Source: Candidatus Poseidoniaceae archaeon
Lineage (GTDB): Archaea; Thermoplasmatota; Poseidoniia; Poseidoniales; Poseidoniaceae
Direction of reading: 5' to 3'
Length of the DNA: 64,000 bases
NCBI GenBank assembly: GCA_949372875.1
Contig: CASIAW010000012.1
Coordinates: forward strand, 11,651-75,650
The notes under the pieces were generated by a model. That model searched no databases, was not told the origin of the DNA, and saw only the letters and a list, made by a program, of their open reading frames with translations. How positions within the stretch are numbered: the first letter of the stretch is position 1; each line of letters begins with the position of its first letter. A program made the translations under genes and the position numbers. Positions 16,856-25,223 of this stretch are shown in pieces.

Positions 16856-18241
16856 ATGGAAGATGAAGATGTTGTCATTGACCCATGGGGAAGTGCTCAA
16901 TCTACGGATTATTCCCGCATTGTGGACCAATTCGGTCTTTCGTCAATGGACTCCATGACATTACCATCTCCGTCGCGCCTCCATCGACGAGGCATCGTCT
17001 TTGCTCACCGAGATTTAGGACAAGTTCTCGATGCTCAAAAGCAAGGGGACTCCTTTGGGGTCCTCACAGGTCTCATGCCAAGTGGTCAAATGCATATGGG
17101 GCATTCCATGGTTATCGATCAAGTCAAGTGGTTTCAAGAACTTGGAGGCGATGTTACAATTGCAGTTGCAGACTTGGAAAGTCAAGCAACTCGTGGTGTT
17201 TCGCTTGAAAAAGGCAGAAAAGTAGCTTTGGAAGAATATATTTCTCACTATGCTGCTTTGGGTGTTGATCCCGAAAAAACCAACGTCTATTTCCAGTCAT
17301 CTCGGCCTATTGTTCAACGACTTGGGTTCCAGTTGGGAAAGCGTACGAACTTGAATGAGTTTGAATCGATTTACGGTTTTGGTGGAGAAACCAATCTTGC
17401 CCATGTTCAGGCACCTCTGGTCCAGGTCGGTGACATATTGCACCCCCAAACTGATGAATATGGCGGACTTCGACCTATTGTTGTCCCTGTTGGCGTGGAC
17501 CAAGACCCTCATCTTCGCCTTACTCGTGGTCTTGCTTCTAAAACCAATTGGTTCAATGTCAATGATGGAAAATCATCGGGGGTCATTATTGGTCTTTCAG
17601 TTCAGGACGATAATGCTGAAGTGCTTGGGCGACTCCCGAACGGGCGACTTGACAAAGAACGGTTGAAGAATGTCTTTTCCGGTATGGTCGCAGCATTGGA
17701 GCATCTTGGATTCTCTGACATACTGTCGAATCCAAAACAAGGAACCATCAATGTGCCAAGTGCAACTTCAAAGGATAAGTCTCGAATACGAATGAAGTTG
17801 CTCGAATATGAACGCTCTCTTGGTGGTATGGGACTTCTTGCGCCTTCATCCACATATCACCACTTCGCAGTTGGCCTTACCGGTGAGAAGATGAGCAGTA
17901 GTAAGCCCAAAACCACTCTTTTCTTGCGTGATGATTTGGCTACGGTTGAAAAGAAAATCAAGCGCGCTTTTTCTGGAGGCCAAGCCACAGTTGAAGAGCA
18001 TCGGCGTAACGGGGGCAACCCTGATATTGACGTAGCATATCGCTACATGATGTATTTCTTTGAAGATGACGATGCATTCCTTGCTGAAATTAATGCCGAC
18101 TACCGGGCCGGTAAGATTCTTGCAGGTGAGATGAAACAATTGTGCATCGATCGTGCAACGATTTGGCTCAGCCAGTTACATGAAATGCGAGACCAAACAG
18201 CCCATGTTGTCAAGGATTTCCTTGCTGAAGACGCTCGTTAA
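16856..18241 (+). CDS. trpS: Tryptophanyl-tRNA synthetase (archaeal/eukaryotic type) with an internal ~95-aa insertion
   Basis: HIGH-like SGQMHMGH, VGVDQDPHLRLTRGLA, KMSSSKP and EEHRRNGGNPDIDVAYRYMMYFFEDDDAFLAEINADYRAGKILAGEMK (compare human [47 protein letters not shown], quoted from memory). Confidence 0.9.
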   Translation: MEDEDVVIDPWGSAQSTDYSRIVDQFGLSSMDSMTLPSPSRLHRRGIVFAHRDLGQVLDAQKQGDSFGVLTGLMPSGQMHMGHSMVIDQVKWFQELGGDVTIAVADLESQATRGVSLEKGRKVALEEYISHYAALGVDPEKTNVYFQSSRPIVQRLGFQLGKRTNLNEFESIYGFGGETNLAHVQAPLVQVGDILHPQTDEYGGLRPIVVPVGVDQDPHLRLTRGLASKTNWFNVNDGKSSGVIIGLSVQDDNAEVLGRLPNGRLDKERLKNVFSGMVAALEHLGFSDILSNPKQGTINVPSATSKDKSRIRMKLLEYERSLGGMGLLAPSSTYHHFAVGLTGEKMSSSKPKTTLFLRDDLATVEKKIKRAFSGGQATVEEHRRNGGNPDIDVAYRYMMYFFEDDDAFLAEINADYRAGKILAGEMKQLCIDRATIWLSQLHEMRDQTAHVVKDFLAEDAR

Positions 18242-18867
18242 GCATTCACATCATCCGATGAAAAGACGGCTGGGTCGGGTCCGACAGGTAACTCCACAAG
18301 TTCTTCTTCGGTCAGTTCCCTTTCAACTGCATCTTCATCAAGAATCATGGAATGGCCGTGTGGGTCCAAAAATTCGAGCGTGAATGTGCTTCCATCGCCT
18401 GCGTTCTCAATCGAGGAGAGCAGTGAATCAAGCGTTGCACGTGCTTTCAAAAGTTCTTCATTTTCTTCGGTATCTGTCTCCAGATCTCTTTCAACATCAC
18501 GTCGAACCATATTGATAATGTCGACAAATCGGTTCAATACCCCTTCAACATTACTTACATAGCCGGTCGAATTGGTTCCAGGCATGACTTCAAGGTCCAA
18601 CTCTTTGATTCGAACCGTACAGGAAGAGGACCGAACCACTCGAGAACGGAGTTTCTTCGTATCATCCAATACCAGTTTCCAAGCACCGGCCTTCTTCCCC
18701 TCTGCAGGGATGAAGTCTGTCTGTCTCCAACCACATGCATGGCAGAGGACAGTAACTTGAGTGTGCTCGCCGAAATAAGGAATTTCATCGACATTTGCTA
18801 CCATGCCCAGTTGTCCCTCGGTAGAACAGATCGGACAGGGGATGTTAACCGGCTGTTCTTCCATCAC
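18238..18867 (-). CDS. ZPR1-type zinc-finger protein
   Basis: CPICSTEGQLGMVANVDEIPYFGEHTQVTVLCHACGW shows the C4 ZPR1 module followed by the beta-rich ZPR1 domain. Its stop overlaps the trpS stop in TTAA. Confidence 0.75.
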   Translation of the reverse strand: MMEEQPVNIPCPICSTEGQLGMVANVDEIPYFGEHTQVTVLCHACGWRQTDFIPAEGKKAGAWKLVLDDTKKLRSRVVRSSSCTVRIKELDLEVMPGTNSTGYVSNVEGVLNRFVDIINMVRRDVERDLETDTEENEELLKARATLDSLLSSIENAGDGSTFTLEFLDPHGHSMILDEDAVERELTEEELVELPVGPDPAVFSSDDVNA

Positions 18868-19637
18868 AGCTGTCGCCTTCCTAGTTCCTTGGCATCAACA
18901 GCAAATGCTTCCATTTCTACGCCTCGAACTCCGCGACAACCCGGTGGTAAGAGCATCAATCGAGTTTCAGTCATCTGAATAATTTGTCCGCCAAGGTCAG
19001 CATCGATGAAGGTATTGAGTTGCGCTAAAGCAGCATTGAATTCCACCGTTTTCTTCATCAAACGATTCATTTCCACGATGACTGCATGGTCGTCTGCCAC
19101 CCAGTTCATCAATTGTCCACAACCTGTAATGTCGTTGAGTACGGCCCTGTGCAAGACCATGCCGTTATCTGAGTCAAGAAGAGGTGGATTTGGATACAAT
19201 TCGCCGAGGTCATGGTAAATGACATCACTTGACGGGGTCACTTGAGGTTGTGAATGTTCCATGCTTGGCATGGAAAAGGTCTGAAGCGGTTTCACTTCAT
19301 CCTTCATCTCTTGTTGATACACCGACTCCTCCTCTGCTTGTCGGATTTGTTCATCGGCTCTTGCCAATGCGTCAAGGTCCGGCATTGCGGGGACAACCGG
19401 TTCAGGCACAGAGTTGACTTCTGCCTCCGCCGCCGCATTGGTGAAGGCATCGAGTGAAGACTGTGCTTCGTCTCGTTTTCCTTTCTTACCTCTGCGCATA
19501 TTGCCATGTGAAGCCGGCCACCTCAAGAACACTCGCATGAAAGTTAAATTAAACGCCCGATTTGTGAATGCTTTTTTTTTTGCCGACTGTTCGTTGGGTT
19601 GATAAGGGTCCATTGGAACCAAGTCATGTCGCCTCAA
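18864..19637 (-). CDS. SepF-like cell-division protein with a long N-terminal extension (start uncertain)
   Basis: The C-terminal ~90 aa, HAVIVEMNRLMKKTVEFNAALAQLNTFIDADLGGQIIQMTETRLMLLPPGCRGVR, align with haloarchaeal SepF LVIADITRHTTSDSTMEHIIDDLRQVAREVDGDIVQKGDDQIVITPTGISISR (from memory). 4-nt overlap with the downstream ZPR1 gene. Confidence 0.45.
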   Translation of the reverse strand: MRRHDLVPMDPYQPNEQSAKKKAFTNRAFNLTFMRVFLRWPASHGNMRRGKKGKRDEAQSSLDAFTNAAAEAEVNSVPEPVVPAMPDLDALARADEQIRQAEEESVYQQEMKDEVKPLQTFSMPSMEHSQPQVTPSSDVIYHDLGELYPNPPLLDSDNGMVLHRAVLNDITGCGQLMNWVADDHAVIVEMNRLMKKTVEFNAALAQLNTFIDADLGGQIIQMTETRLMLLPPGCRGVRGVEMEAFAVDAKELGRRQL

Positions 19638-19667
19638 GGTTCAAAAGGTGTCGACTAAAAGCAGGGA

Positions 19668-20297
19668 TTGATGACAATGGATGCGCAGCAGAATGTATTG
19701 AAAACCGGAACAAGTACGATTGGAATCACTTTCAACGGCGGTGTCGTTGTAGGAGCGGACCACCGAGCCACAATGGGCCACTTTATTGCAAACAAAAGTG
19801 TTCAGAAACTCTTCAAGATTGGAGATAACCTCGCACTCACAACTGCTGGATTGGTTGGCCACGCTCAATCACTCTCCCGCACCCTCTCCGCTGAAGTTGC
19901 TTTATTCCAACTTCGTCGGCAACAGCCAATGACCGTTCGAGGTGCTGCAACCTTGACAGCAAACATTCTTTCTGGCCGTCCACATTGGGTTCAACTCTTG
20001 ATTGTCGGGGTCGATGACGAAGGCGGTCACGTCTATTCCATTGATTCAGCAGGTGGTTCGATTCCAGACACATATTGTGCAACTGGTTCCGGGTCTCCTT
20101 ACATGTATGGTGTCCTTGAAGATGGCTTCAGCGAGGGAATGTCTCGAACCGATGCATTGAAACTCGCGGCGCGTGCCCTTCACGCATCGGGGCAGCGTGA
20201 CGCCGCTTCCGGAAACGGCATGGATTTGGCAGTAATCACTGCCAAAGATGGCTTTGTGTCCCTCACTCAAGATGAAGTTTCAAAACTTCTTTCTTGA
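19668..20297 (+). CDS. psmB: Proteasome subunit beta
   Basis: Propeptide, then TGTSTIGITFNGGVVVGADHRATMGHFIANKSVQKLFKI (Ntn Thr) and the conserved C-terminal GSG...D.ASG region. Confidence 0.9.
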   Translation: MMTMDAQQNVLKTGTSTIGITFNGGVVVGADHRATMGHFIANKSVQKLFKIGDNLALTTAGLVGHAQSLSRTLSAEVALFQLRRQQPMTVRGAATLTANILSGRPHWVQLLIVGVDDEGGHVYSIDSAGGSIPDTYCATGSGSPYMYGVLEDGFSEGMSRTDALKLAARALHASGQRDAASGNGMDLAVITAKDGFVSLTQDEVSKLLS

Positions 20298-20383
20298 GTA
20301 TTTTTATTCCCGCAGCTCAACACTGCACTCCTTTGGGAGAGTATGTGCACAGTTAATGTGCGAGCGCGGGGCATGGTGAAATT

Positions 20384-22288
20384 ATGCGTCTATCGTTTAA
20401 AGAATTGAAAGATCAAGTGCAAAAAATAGTCCCCCGGGATATTCCTTACACTGTTGAATTAGAAGCAGGCAACATTGCTTTAGTAACTCCCGAACCGAAC
20501 CGAATTCTTTCGACCGATGGCTTACTTGCTAAAATCGCTCACAAAGTGAAGCGAAAGATTGTTCTTCGTCCTGATATATCCATTATGAAATCAGAAGAAG
20601 ACGCTACAAAGATTGTCAAAGAAATCATCCCCGAATCAGCAGCCATCACAAATATTTACTTTGATGGATGCTACAGAGAAATCATTGTTCAATGTGAGAA
20701 CCCAGGTGAAGCGGTCGGACGACGTGGTATTAATTTGCAAGAAATTAGAGACCAGTGCGGTTGGCTCATAAAAGTCGAGCGAACCCCGCCATTGGTTTCG
20801 AAAACCGTTCATGACATTCGCGGCTATCGCCATGTTCATGCTGAAGAACGTAGAAAACTTTTGAAAGACTTTGGCCTTAACATTCACCGACCTCAACGTC
20901 CTGGCGCAACTTGGGCTCGAGTCACTGCTCTTGGTTCATACCGAGAAGTGGGTCGCGCATGCCACTTTGTTACGACTAATGAATCAAGAGTCATGATTGA
21001 CGTTGGTGTGAACATCGCTTCTGATACCGACCCAATGCCATATTTCACCGCTCCAGAAGCCTTGCCTTTGGAAAAGTTAGATGCAGTTGTCTTGACGCAC
21101 GCTCACCTCGACCATGCAGGAATGCTTCCAGTTCTGTTCAAGTATGGATACAGAGGTCCAGTTTACTGCACACCTCCCACCCGTGACTTGATGCTTCTTT
21201 TACAAACCGACTACCTCAAGGTTGGCGGTGCAGAAGGAAAGCGAGCTCCTTACGACATGGAAGACATTCGTACCTGTATGAAGCACGTCGTGGATGTTGA
21301 TTGGGATGAAACAACAGATGTTGCTCCCGACATTAAACTGACGTTTTCCAATGCAGGCCACATTCTTGGTTCTTCTGCTGTCCATCTTCACATCGGTGAT
21401 GGAAAGCACAACATTGTTTTCAGTGGTGACCAAAAGTATGAGAAATCATGGCTCTTTGATGCAGCAAATACTCGTTTCCCTCGTGTTGAAACTCTGGTTA
21501 TTGAATCAACATACGGTGCTTCTGGGGACTACCAACCTTCTCGGCAAGAGGCGAATCAAGAGTTGCAAGACATTGTTTCGAGAACGATTGCAAGAGGAGG
21601 CAAAGTAATTTGTCCCGTGTTTGCAGTTGGCCGTAGCCAAGAAGTCATGATTGCTATTGACGAATTATTCCGCTCTGGAAATGTCAAACCGGTTCCTGTC
21701 TGGCTCGACGGAATGATCCAAGAAGCAACAGCCATTCACGCAGGACACCCTGATTACCTCACCAGCAGTCTTCGAAAGTCTCTACTCAAAGACGATGGAG
21801 AAAACCCGTTTACCAGTGAGTGGTTCCGACCAGTCAAAGGACGAGAATTACGTGAGAGCATCATTATGGATAATTCACCATGTATTGTTTTGGCAACCTC
21901 TGGAATGCTCAATGGTGGTCCAGTCATGGAATATTTCAAAAACTGGGCTCATGAAGACCGTAATTCCTTGTGTTTCGTAGGATATCAAGCAGAAGGTACG
22001 CTTGGTCGGCGCCTGCAGAAAGGGTTTGGAGAAGTTCCTATGATTATTAATGGAAAGACAGAAATCGTCAAGATTGGATGTGAAATGGTTACAATCGACG
22101 GATTCTCTGGACATTCAGACCGTCGTCAGTTACTCGATTTCGTCGACCAAATCTCTCCCACGCCGAAGAATATCATCTGCCATCATGGTGACTATCACAA
22201 GTGCAATGAACTCGGAAAGACGCTGCGTGAGCGTTACAAGTGCAGAACATATGCACCTCAAAACCTCGAAACCGTTCGCTTAATGTAA
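20384..22288 (+). CDS. fttA: aCPSF1 / FttA: KH-domain beta-CASP metallo-beta-lactamase ribonuclease (archaeal transcription termination factor)
   Basis: Two N-terminal KH-like regions (GRRGINLQEIRDQCGW), the MBL motif LTHAHLDHAG, beta-CASP motifs and a length of 634 aa typical of aCPSF1. Confidence 0.9.
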   Translation: MRLSFKELKDQVQKIVPRDIPYTVELEAGNIALVTPEPNRILSTDGLLAKIAHKVKRKIVLRPDISIMKSEEDATKIVKEIIPESAAITNIYFDGCYREIIVQCENPGEAVGRRGINLQEIRDQCGWLIKVERTPPLVSKTVHDIRGYRHVHAEERRKLLKDFGLNIHRPQRPGATWARVTALGSYREVGRACHFVTTNESRVMIDVGVNIASDTDPMPYFTAPEALPLEKLDAVVLTHAHLDHAGMLPVLFKYGYRGPVYCTPPTRDLMLLLQTDYLKVGGAEGKRAPYDMEDIRTCMKHVVDVDWDETTDVAPDIKLTFSNAGHILGSSAVHLHIGDGKHNIVFSGDQKYEKSWLFDAANTRFPRVETLVIESTYGASGDYQPSRQEANQELQDIVSRTIARGGKVICPVFAVGRSQEVMIAIDELFRSGNVKPVPVWLDGMIQEATAIHAGHPDYLTSSLRKSLLKDDGENPFTSEWFRPVKGRELRESIIMDNSPCIVLATSGMLNGGPVMEYFKNWAHEDRNSLCFVGYQAEGTLGRRLQKGFGEVPMIINGKTEIVKIGCEMVTIDGFSGHSDRRQLLDFVDQISPTPKNIICHHGDYHKCNELGKTLRERYKCRTYAPQNLETVRLM

Positions 22289-22702
22289 TCACATTAACGG
22301 TATGTCAAAACCAGATTCAAGAGGATCCGGTAACGATTGTTCTTGGTTTTCCCTGTGATTATCCAAAGAGGATTTCCCCATTGAATATTGTGATTTAATT
22401 GGCGTTGAACCTCTTGAGACTGTTGGCTTTGAAGGTGCGTCAAAGAGCGTCCAAGCCAAGGTGACAAAGATTAACCCAAGTCCTAAGGCCACAATCAAAA
22501 GAGTGCTCCCACCACTCGTCACATTTATTCCAATAGAAGTGACAAGAAGGAGAACGGCTGCGATGAAGAGGAGTCTCCGTGAAACCGTCGCCATAATACC
22601 CACACGACCATGTTCTTCATGAACCCGTTGCATCTGTACCAACACCATGTACCCCTCCGGAGACGAACGCTCGTCAAACGTTGCATGCCCAGGTTGGCTC
22701 AT
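22289..22702 (-). CDS. Hypothetical membrane protein (2 TM)
   Basis: LLFIAAVLLLVTSIGINV and LLIVALGLGLIFVTLAWTLF. The start is probably the internal ATG at 22594 (MATVSRR...), because the 22702 start would interlock with the divergent gene. Confidence 0.4.
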   Translation of the reverse strand: MSQPGHATFDERSSPEGYMVLVQMQRVHEEHGRVGIMATVSRRLLFIAAVLLLVTSIGINVTSGGSTLLIVALGLGLIFVTLAWTLFDAPSKPTVSRGSTPIKSQYSMGKSSLDNHRENQEQSLPDPLESGFDIPLM

Positions 22703-23306
22703 GACTGCTGTTGCTCCCTGGGGCGAAAATGCAGAGGATGCTTATGATCAAGGTCTCGTAGAATTGGGGCTCGGTGATTCACGTTTAATCGAAATGCGAG
22801 GAGCTATGTTACCTCTCGGCTTCGGTGCAACGCCACCAAAATCGCTCCCGATGGGCTCCCTCGTTGAATGCCATATCGCAACTGCTTATGCATGGAATGG
22901 CTCCTCCGCATGCGCAGGTGTGGCTTGGGCTGCTTGTGTAACGCCAGAAGGCGATGAATGTGCAATTGTGGCAACCGTCTCCACTGAAATGGATTACGAA
23001 GAAACCACACTTCTGCTACGTCGTCACTTGCAAAGAAAACTGGCGAGCCGGGATCTCGAAGTACTCTCTTTTGATGTGGCTGTTGATGAAGTGACGGCAG
23101 CAGCAGATCATCACGGTGTTGCCATGGCTGCACTGATTTTACCGAATTCACTTTCACTCGGAGCTCGGACTGGTACGGGTCCAGTTCGAGGTGCGCTGAC
23201 GCGCAAGGCAACAGAGCCGGCTCCAAAACGGGTTGATGTCAAAGCACCAGCAGCACCAGCACTTCGGCCAGGCTCACGCCGCACGAACACTGATTTTTCA
23301 CTGTGA
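22647..23306 (+). CDS. Pyruvoyl-dependent arginine decarboxylase (PdaD)-like protein, apparently without the Ser-Ser processing site; basic disordered tail
   Basis: PGWLMTAVAPWGENAEDAYDQGLVELGLGDSRLIEMRGAMLP...SLPMGSLV aligns with M. jannaschii PdaD [44 protein letters not shown]...KLPMGALV (from memory). An alternative start is at 22701. Confidence 0.45.
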   Translation: MYPSGDERSSNVACPGWLMTAVAPWGENAEDAYDQGLVELGLGDSRLIEMRGAMLPLGFGATPPKSLPMGSLVECHIATAYAWNGSSACAGVAWAACVTPEGDECAIVATVSTEMDYEETTLLLRRHLQRKLASRDLEVLSFDVAVDEVTAAADHHGVAMAALILPNSLSLGARTGTGPVRGALTRKATEPAPKRVDVKAPAAPALRPGSRRTNTDFSL

Positions 23307-23341
23307 GAAGTCTTGAAGTACCCTCGCCGTGAAGCCAAACT

Positions 23342-23782
23342 ATGTCTGGTGGAGGATGGAATGTCATCCGGTGCAGTGCTTGCTCCACCTGTCATGGTCA
23401 CCGTAGCATTGGGCGAATCTGCCCGCATTGTGGACAAAAGTTGCCATCTGATGCAGAAATTGTCACTTCGGTAGCAACTGCTTCTGAATTGCGAATCGAA
23501 GTGGCTCTAGCGAATACTCCAGAAGAATTACGAGAAACCTTACGTAAGCGTCTTTATGAAAACAACAAACTCTTCCACCAAGAAGAACCGATATCGTTCC
23601 AAAGTTTGCCAAAAATACTCCATGATGCCACAGACGAAAGCGGTATCCTGAGTCTGAAGACACTTCAGCCTGTTCTTGAAAAAAGCAACAACGGTATGGA
23701 GCTTGAGAACCTTATTGACCTGGCCGAATCACAAGGCCTCTTGGTTCGCCTCAACCAGGATTGCTGGCAACTCCTTGAGTGA
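23342..23782 (+). CDS. Zinc-ribbon protein with a helical (possibly winged-helix) C-terminal domain
   Basis: CSACSTC...ICPHCGQ (CxxC...CxxC) at the N-terminus. No family recognised. Confidence 0.45.
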   Translation: MSGGGWNVIRCSACSTCHGHRSIGRICPHCGQKLPSDAEIVTSVATASELRIEVALANTPEELRETLRKRLYENNKLFHQEEPISFQSLPKILHDATDESGILSLKTLQPVLEKSNNGMELENLIDLAESQGLLVRLNQDCWQLLE

Positions 23783-23818
23783 ACTTCATAGGTAAGACGC
23801 CGTGGCGAGGACTGCAAG

Positions 23819-23896
23819 GGGCGATTGGGTTAGCTTGGCCTATACTCGGGCGTTTGGGACGCTTGGACCCAGGTTCAAATCCTGGATCGCCCACCA
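23819..23896 (+). tRNA. tRNA-Pro (anticodon UGG), CCA encoded
   Basis: Acceptor GGGCGAT/ATCGCCC. D arm with A14 and G18G19. Anticodon stem GGGCG/CGCTT with loop TTTGGGA (U33, UGG, G37). T arm CCAGG-TTCAAAT-CCTGG. Discriminator A plus CCA. Confidence 0.8.
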
Positions 23897-23916
23897 TTTG
23901 TAGACTTTAGAGTAGT

Positions 23917-24246
23917 TCACTCTGGTAGAATTATTTCGTGAACCCAAATGAGATGGTATCCAAATTGTGTCTTGACGTAAGTCTCTGGGACCGTTTCAGG
24001 GTCCATAGCCCACACAGCCTCCTCAAACTTTTGCACCATTTGCCCCTCCACAAATTCACCAAGATCACCTTTCTTACTCGCACTGGAGCAATTTGAGTAT
24101 TTCTTCGCCAATTTTTTGAAAACTTTCAAAGGTTTACGTGATTCTTGAATTTGCTGAAGTATCTCTCGGGCATCTGGTTTTGAAGCAACCAAAATATGCC
24201 GGACATGCGCTTTTCTCGGCTTACGTCTTTTGTCGAGCCTTCGCAT
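23917..24246 (-). CDS. Parvulin-type peptidyl-prolyl cis-trans isomerase (PpiC/PinA-like)
   Basis: HVRHILV......A..IL..I.......F..LAKKYS.C.SASKKGDLGEF..GQMV..FE.A........V.T.FGYHLI fits the single-domain parvulin consensus. Confidence 0.8.
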   Translation of the reverse strand: MRRLDKRRKPRKAHVRHILVASKPDAREILQQIQESRKPLKVFKKLAKKYSNCSSASKKGDLGEFVEGQMVQKFEEAVWAMDPETVPETYVKTQFGYHLIWVHEIILPE

Positions 24247-25177
24247 TCATTCTCAGCTCCTGTACCGTACGAGTCGCTCCCTTGTCAAAAACATGCGCTA
24301 TTGACCAAGCAATAACGGTGATGAATACGGGTAGAACTCCACGGCTAACCAGTTCTCTTTCAAGGTCAGTACTTACTTCTGGTAAGAGGGCTATCCAGCC
24401 AATCGCATAAGCGATTCCAGCGAAAAGCGTGTGCGGTGTGACTCGACTGCTGAAGACCCATGAGAGGTTTCTGTGATGATGCCGATACGCCATCATGAGG
24501 CTAACTTTGGCAAAAAAGGTGAGTCGGCGTATACCCGATTTTTCCTCGCCATAAATTGATTCAACAGGGACGTGTGCAATTCGACAACCGAGAGTAGAAA
24601 GCCGAATAAGCCAAAAGTTTGGATAGCCATAACCTTTCCAGGAGTCGGTCCATTTCCATTCGCGTAGAACCTCGCAATGGGTTGCAGTGTATCCGCACTG
24701 TGGGTCGGGTGTATCCTGCCCAGCGGCTAAACCCGTAAAAAAAGAGAGAATTTTACTCGCTCGTCTACGTATTTTTGGCATTGTTTCCAATCCTTTCTGA
24801 TGAGTGAAACGGTTACCTTTTGAGTATTCAGCCCTGTTTTGCACTACAGGTTCAAGGAGGCGTTCCATGTCATCTGGATTCATTTGACCGTCTCCTGCCA
24901 TTACAACGCTGATAAATTGCGTATCAGGCCAACGGTCCATTAAAAATCGATGTCCTGCATCAATCGCAGCCCCCACGCCTTCTCCATTCAATGAGATGCA
25001 GTGCAGTTCGACCAATGAGTCCATGTTTTCAACAAGAGAGAGGGTTCTGTCTGTGGAGCCATCATTCACGACAATGGCGACATCTACAAAATCGGGGAGT
25101 GTCTCTACAACTTTCTGAATGAAACGCTCTTCATTCTTAGCAGGGATGACAACACCAATACTGTATTCACCCTTCAC
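24221..25177 (-). CDS. Family 2 glycosyltransferase (dolichyl-phosphate hexosyltransferase-like) with C-terminal TM segments
   Basis: IGVVIPAKNEERFI...VAIVVNDGSTDRT (GT-A N-terminal motif), DGQMNPDD (DxD-like) and two C-terminal TMs. Confidence 0.8.
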   Translation of the reverse strand: MKGEYSIGVVIPAKNEERFIQKVVETLPDFVDVAIVVNDGSTDRTLSLVENMDSLVELHCISLNGEGVGAAIDAGHRFLMDRWPDTQFISVVMAGDGQMNPDDMERLLEPVVQNRAEYSKGNRFTHQKGLETMPKIRRRASKILSFFTGLAAGQDTPDPQCGYTATHCEVLREWKWTDSWKGYGYPNFWLIRLSTLGCRIAHVPVESIYGEEKSGIRRLTFFAKVSLMMAYRHHHRNLSWVFSSRVTPHTLFAGIAYAIGWIALLPEVSTDLERELVSRGVLPVFITVIAWSIAHVFDKGATRTVQELRMNAKARQKT

Positions 25178-25223
25178 AATTTTTCCACTCTGTCATAGGA
25201 CATGAACATGTGGCAACATTCGT

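Noticed and set aside
19572-19581. T10 homopolymer (A10 on the coding strand, encoding KKK) in the 5' part of the SepF-like ORF as a programmed slippage site
   Set aside because: There is no second frame with coding potential downstream. It more likely just flags uncertainty about the true start or a possible sequencing-error hotspot.
22700-22703. Interlocked divergent start codons (CATG) of the membrane-protein and PdaD-like genes as a real head-to-head overlap
   Set aside because: It is more parsimonious that the PdaD-like gene starts at 22647 and the membrane protein at the internal ATG at 22594. That leaves a normal divergent spacer.
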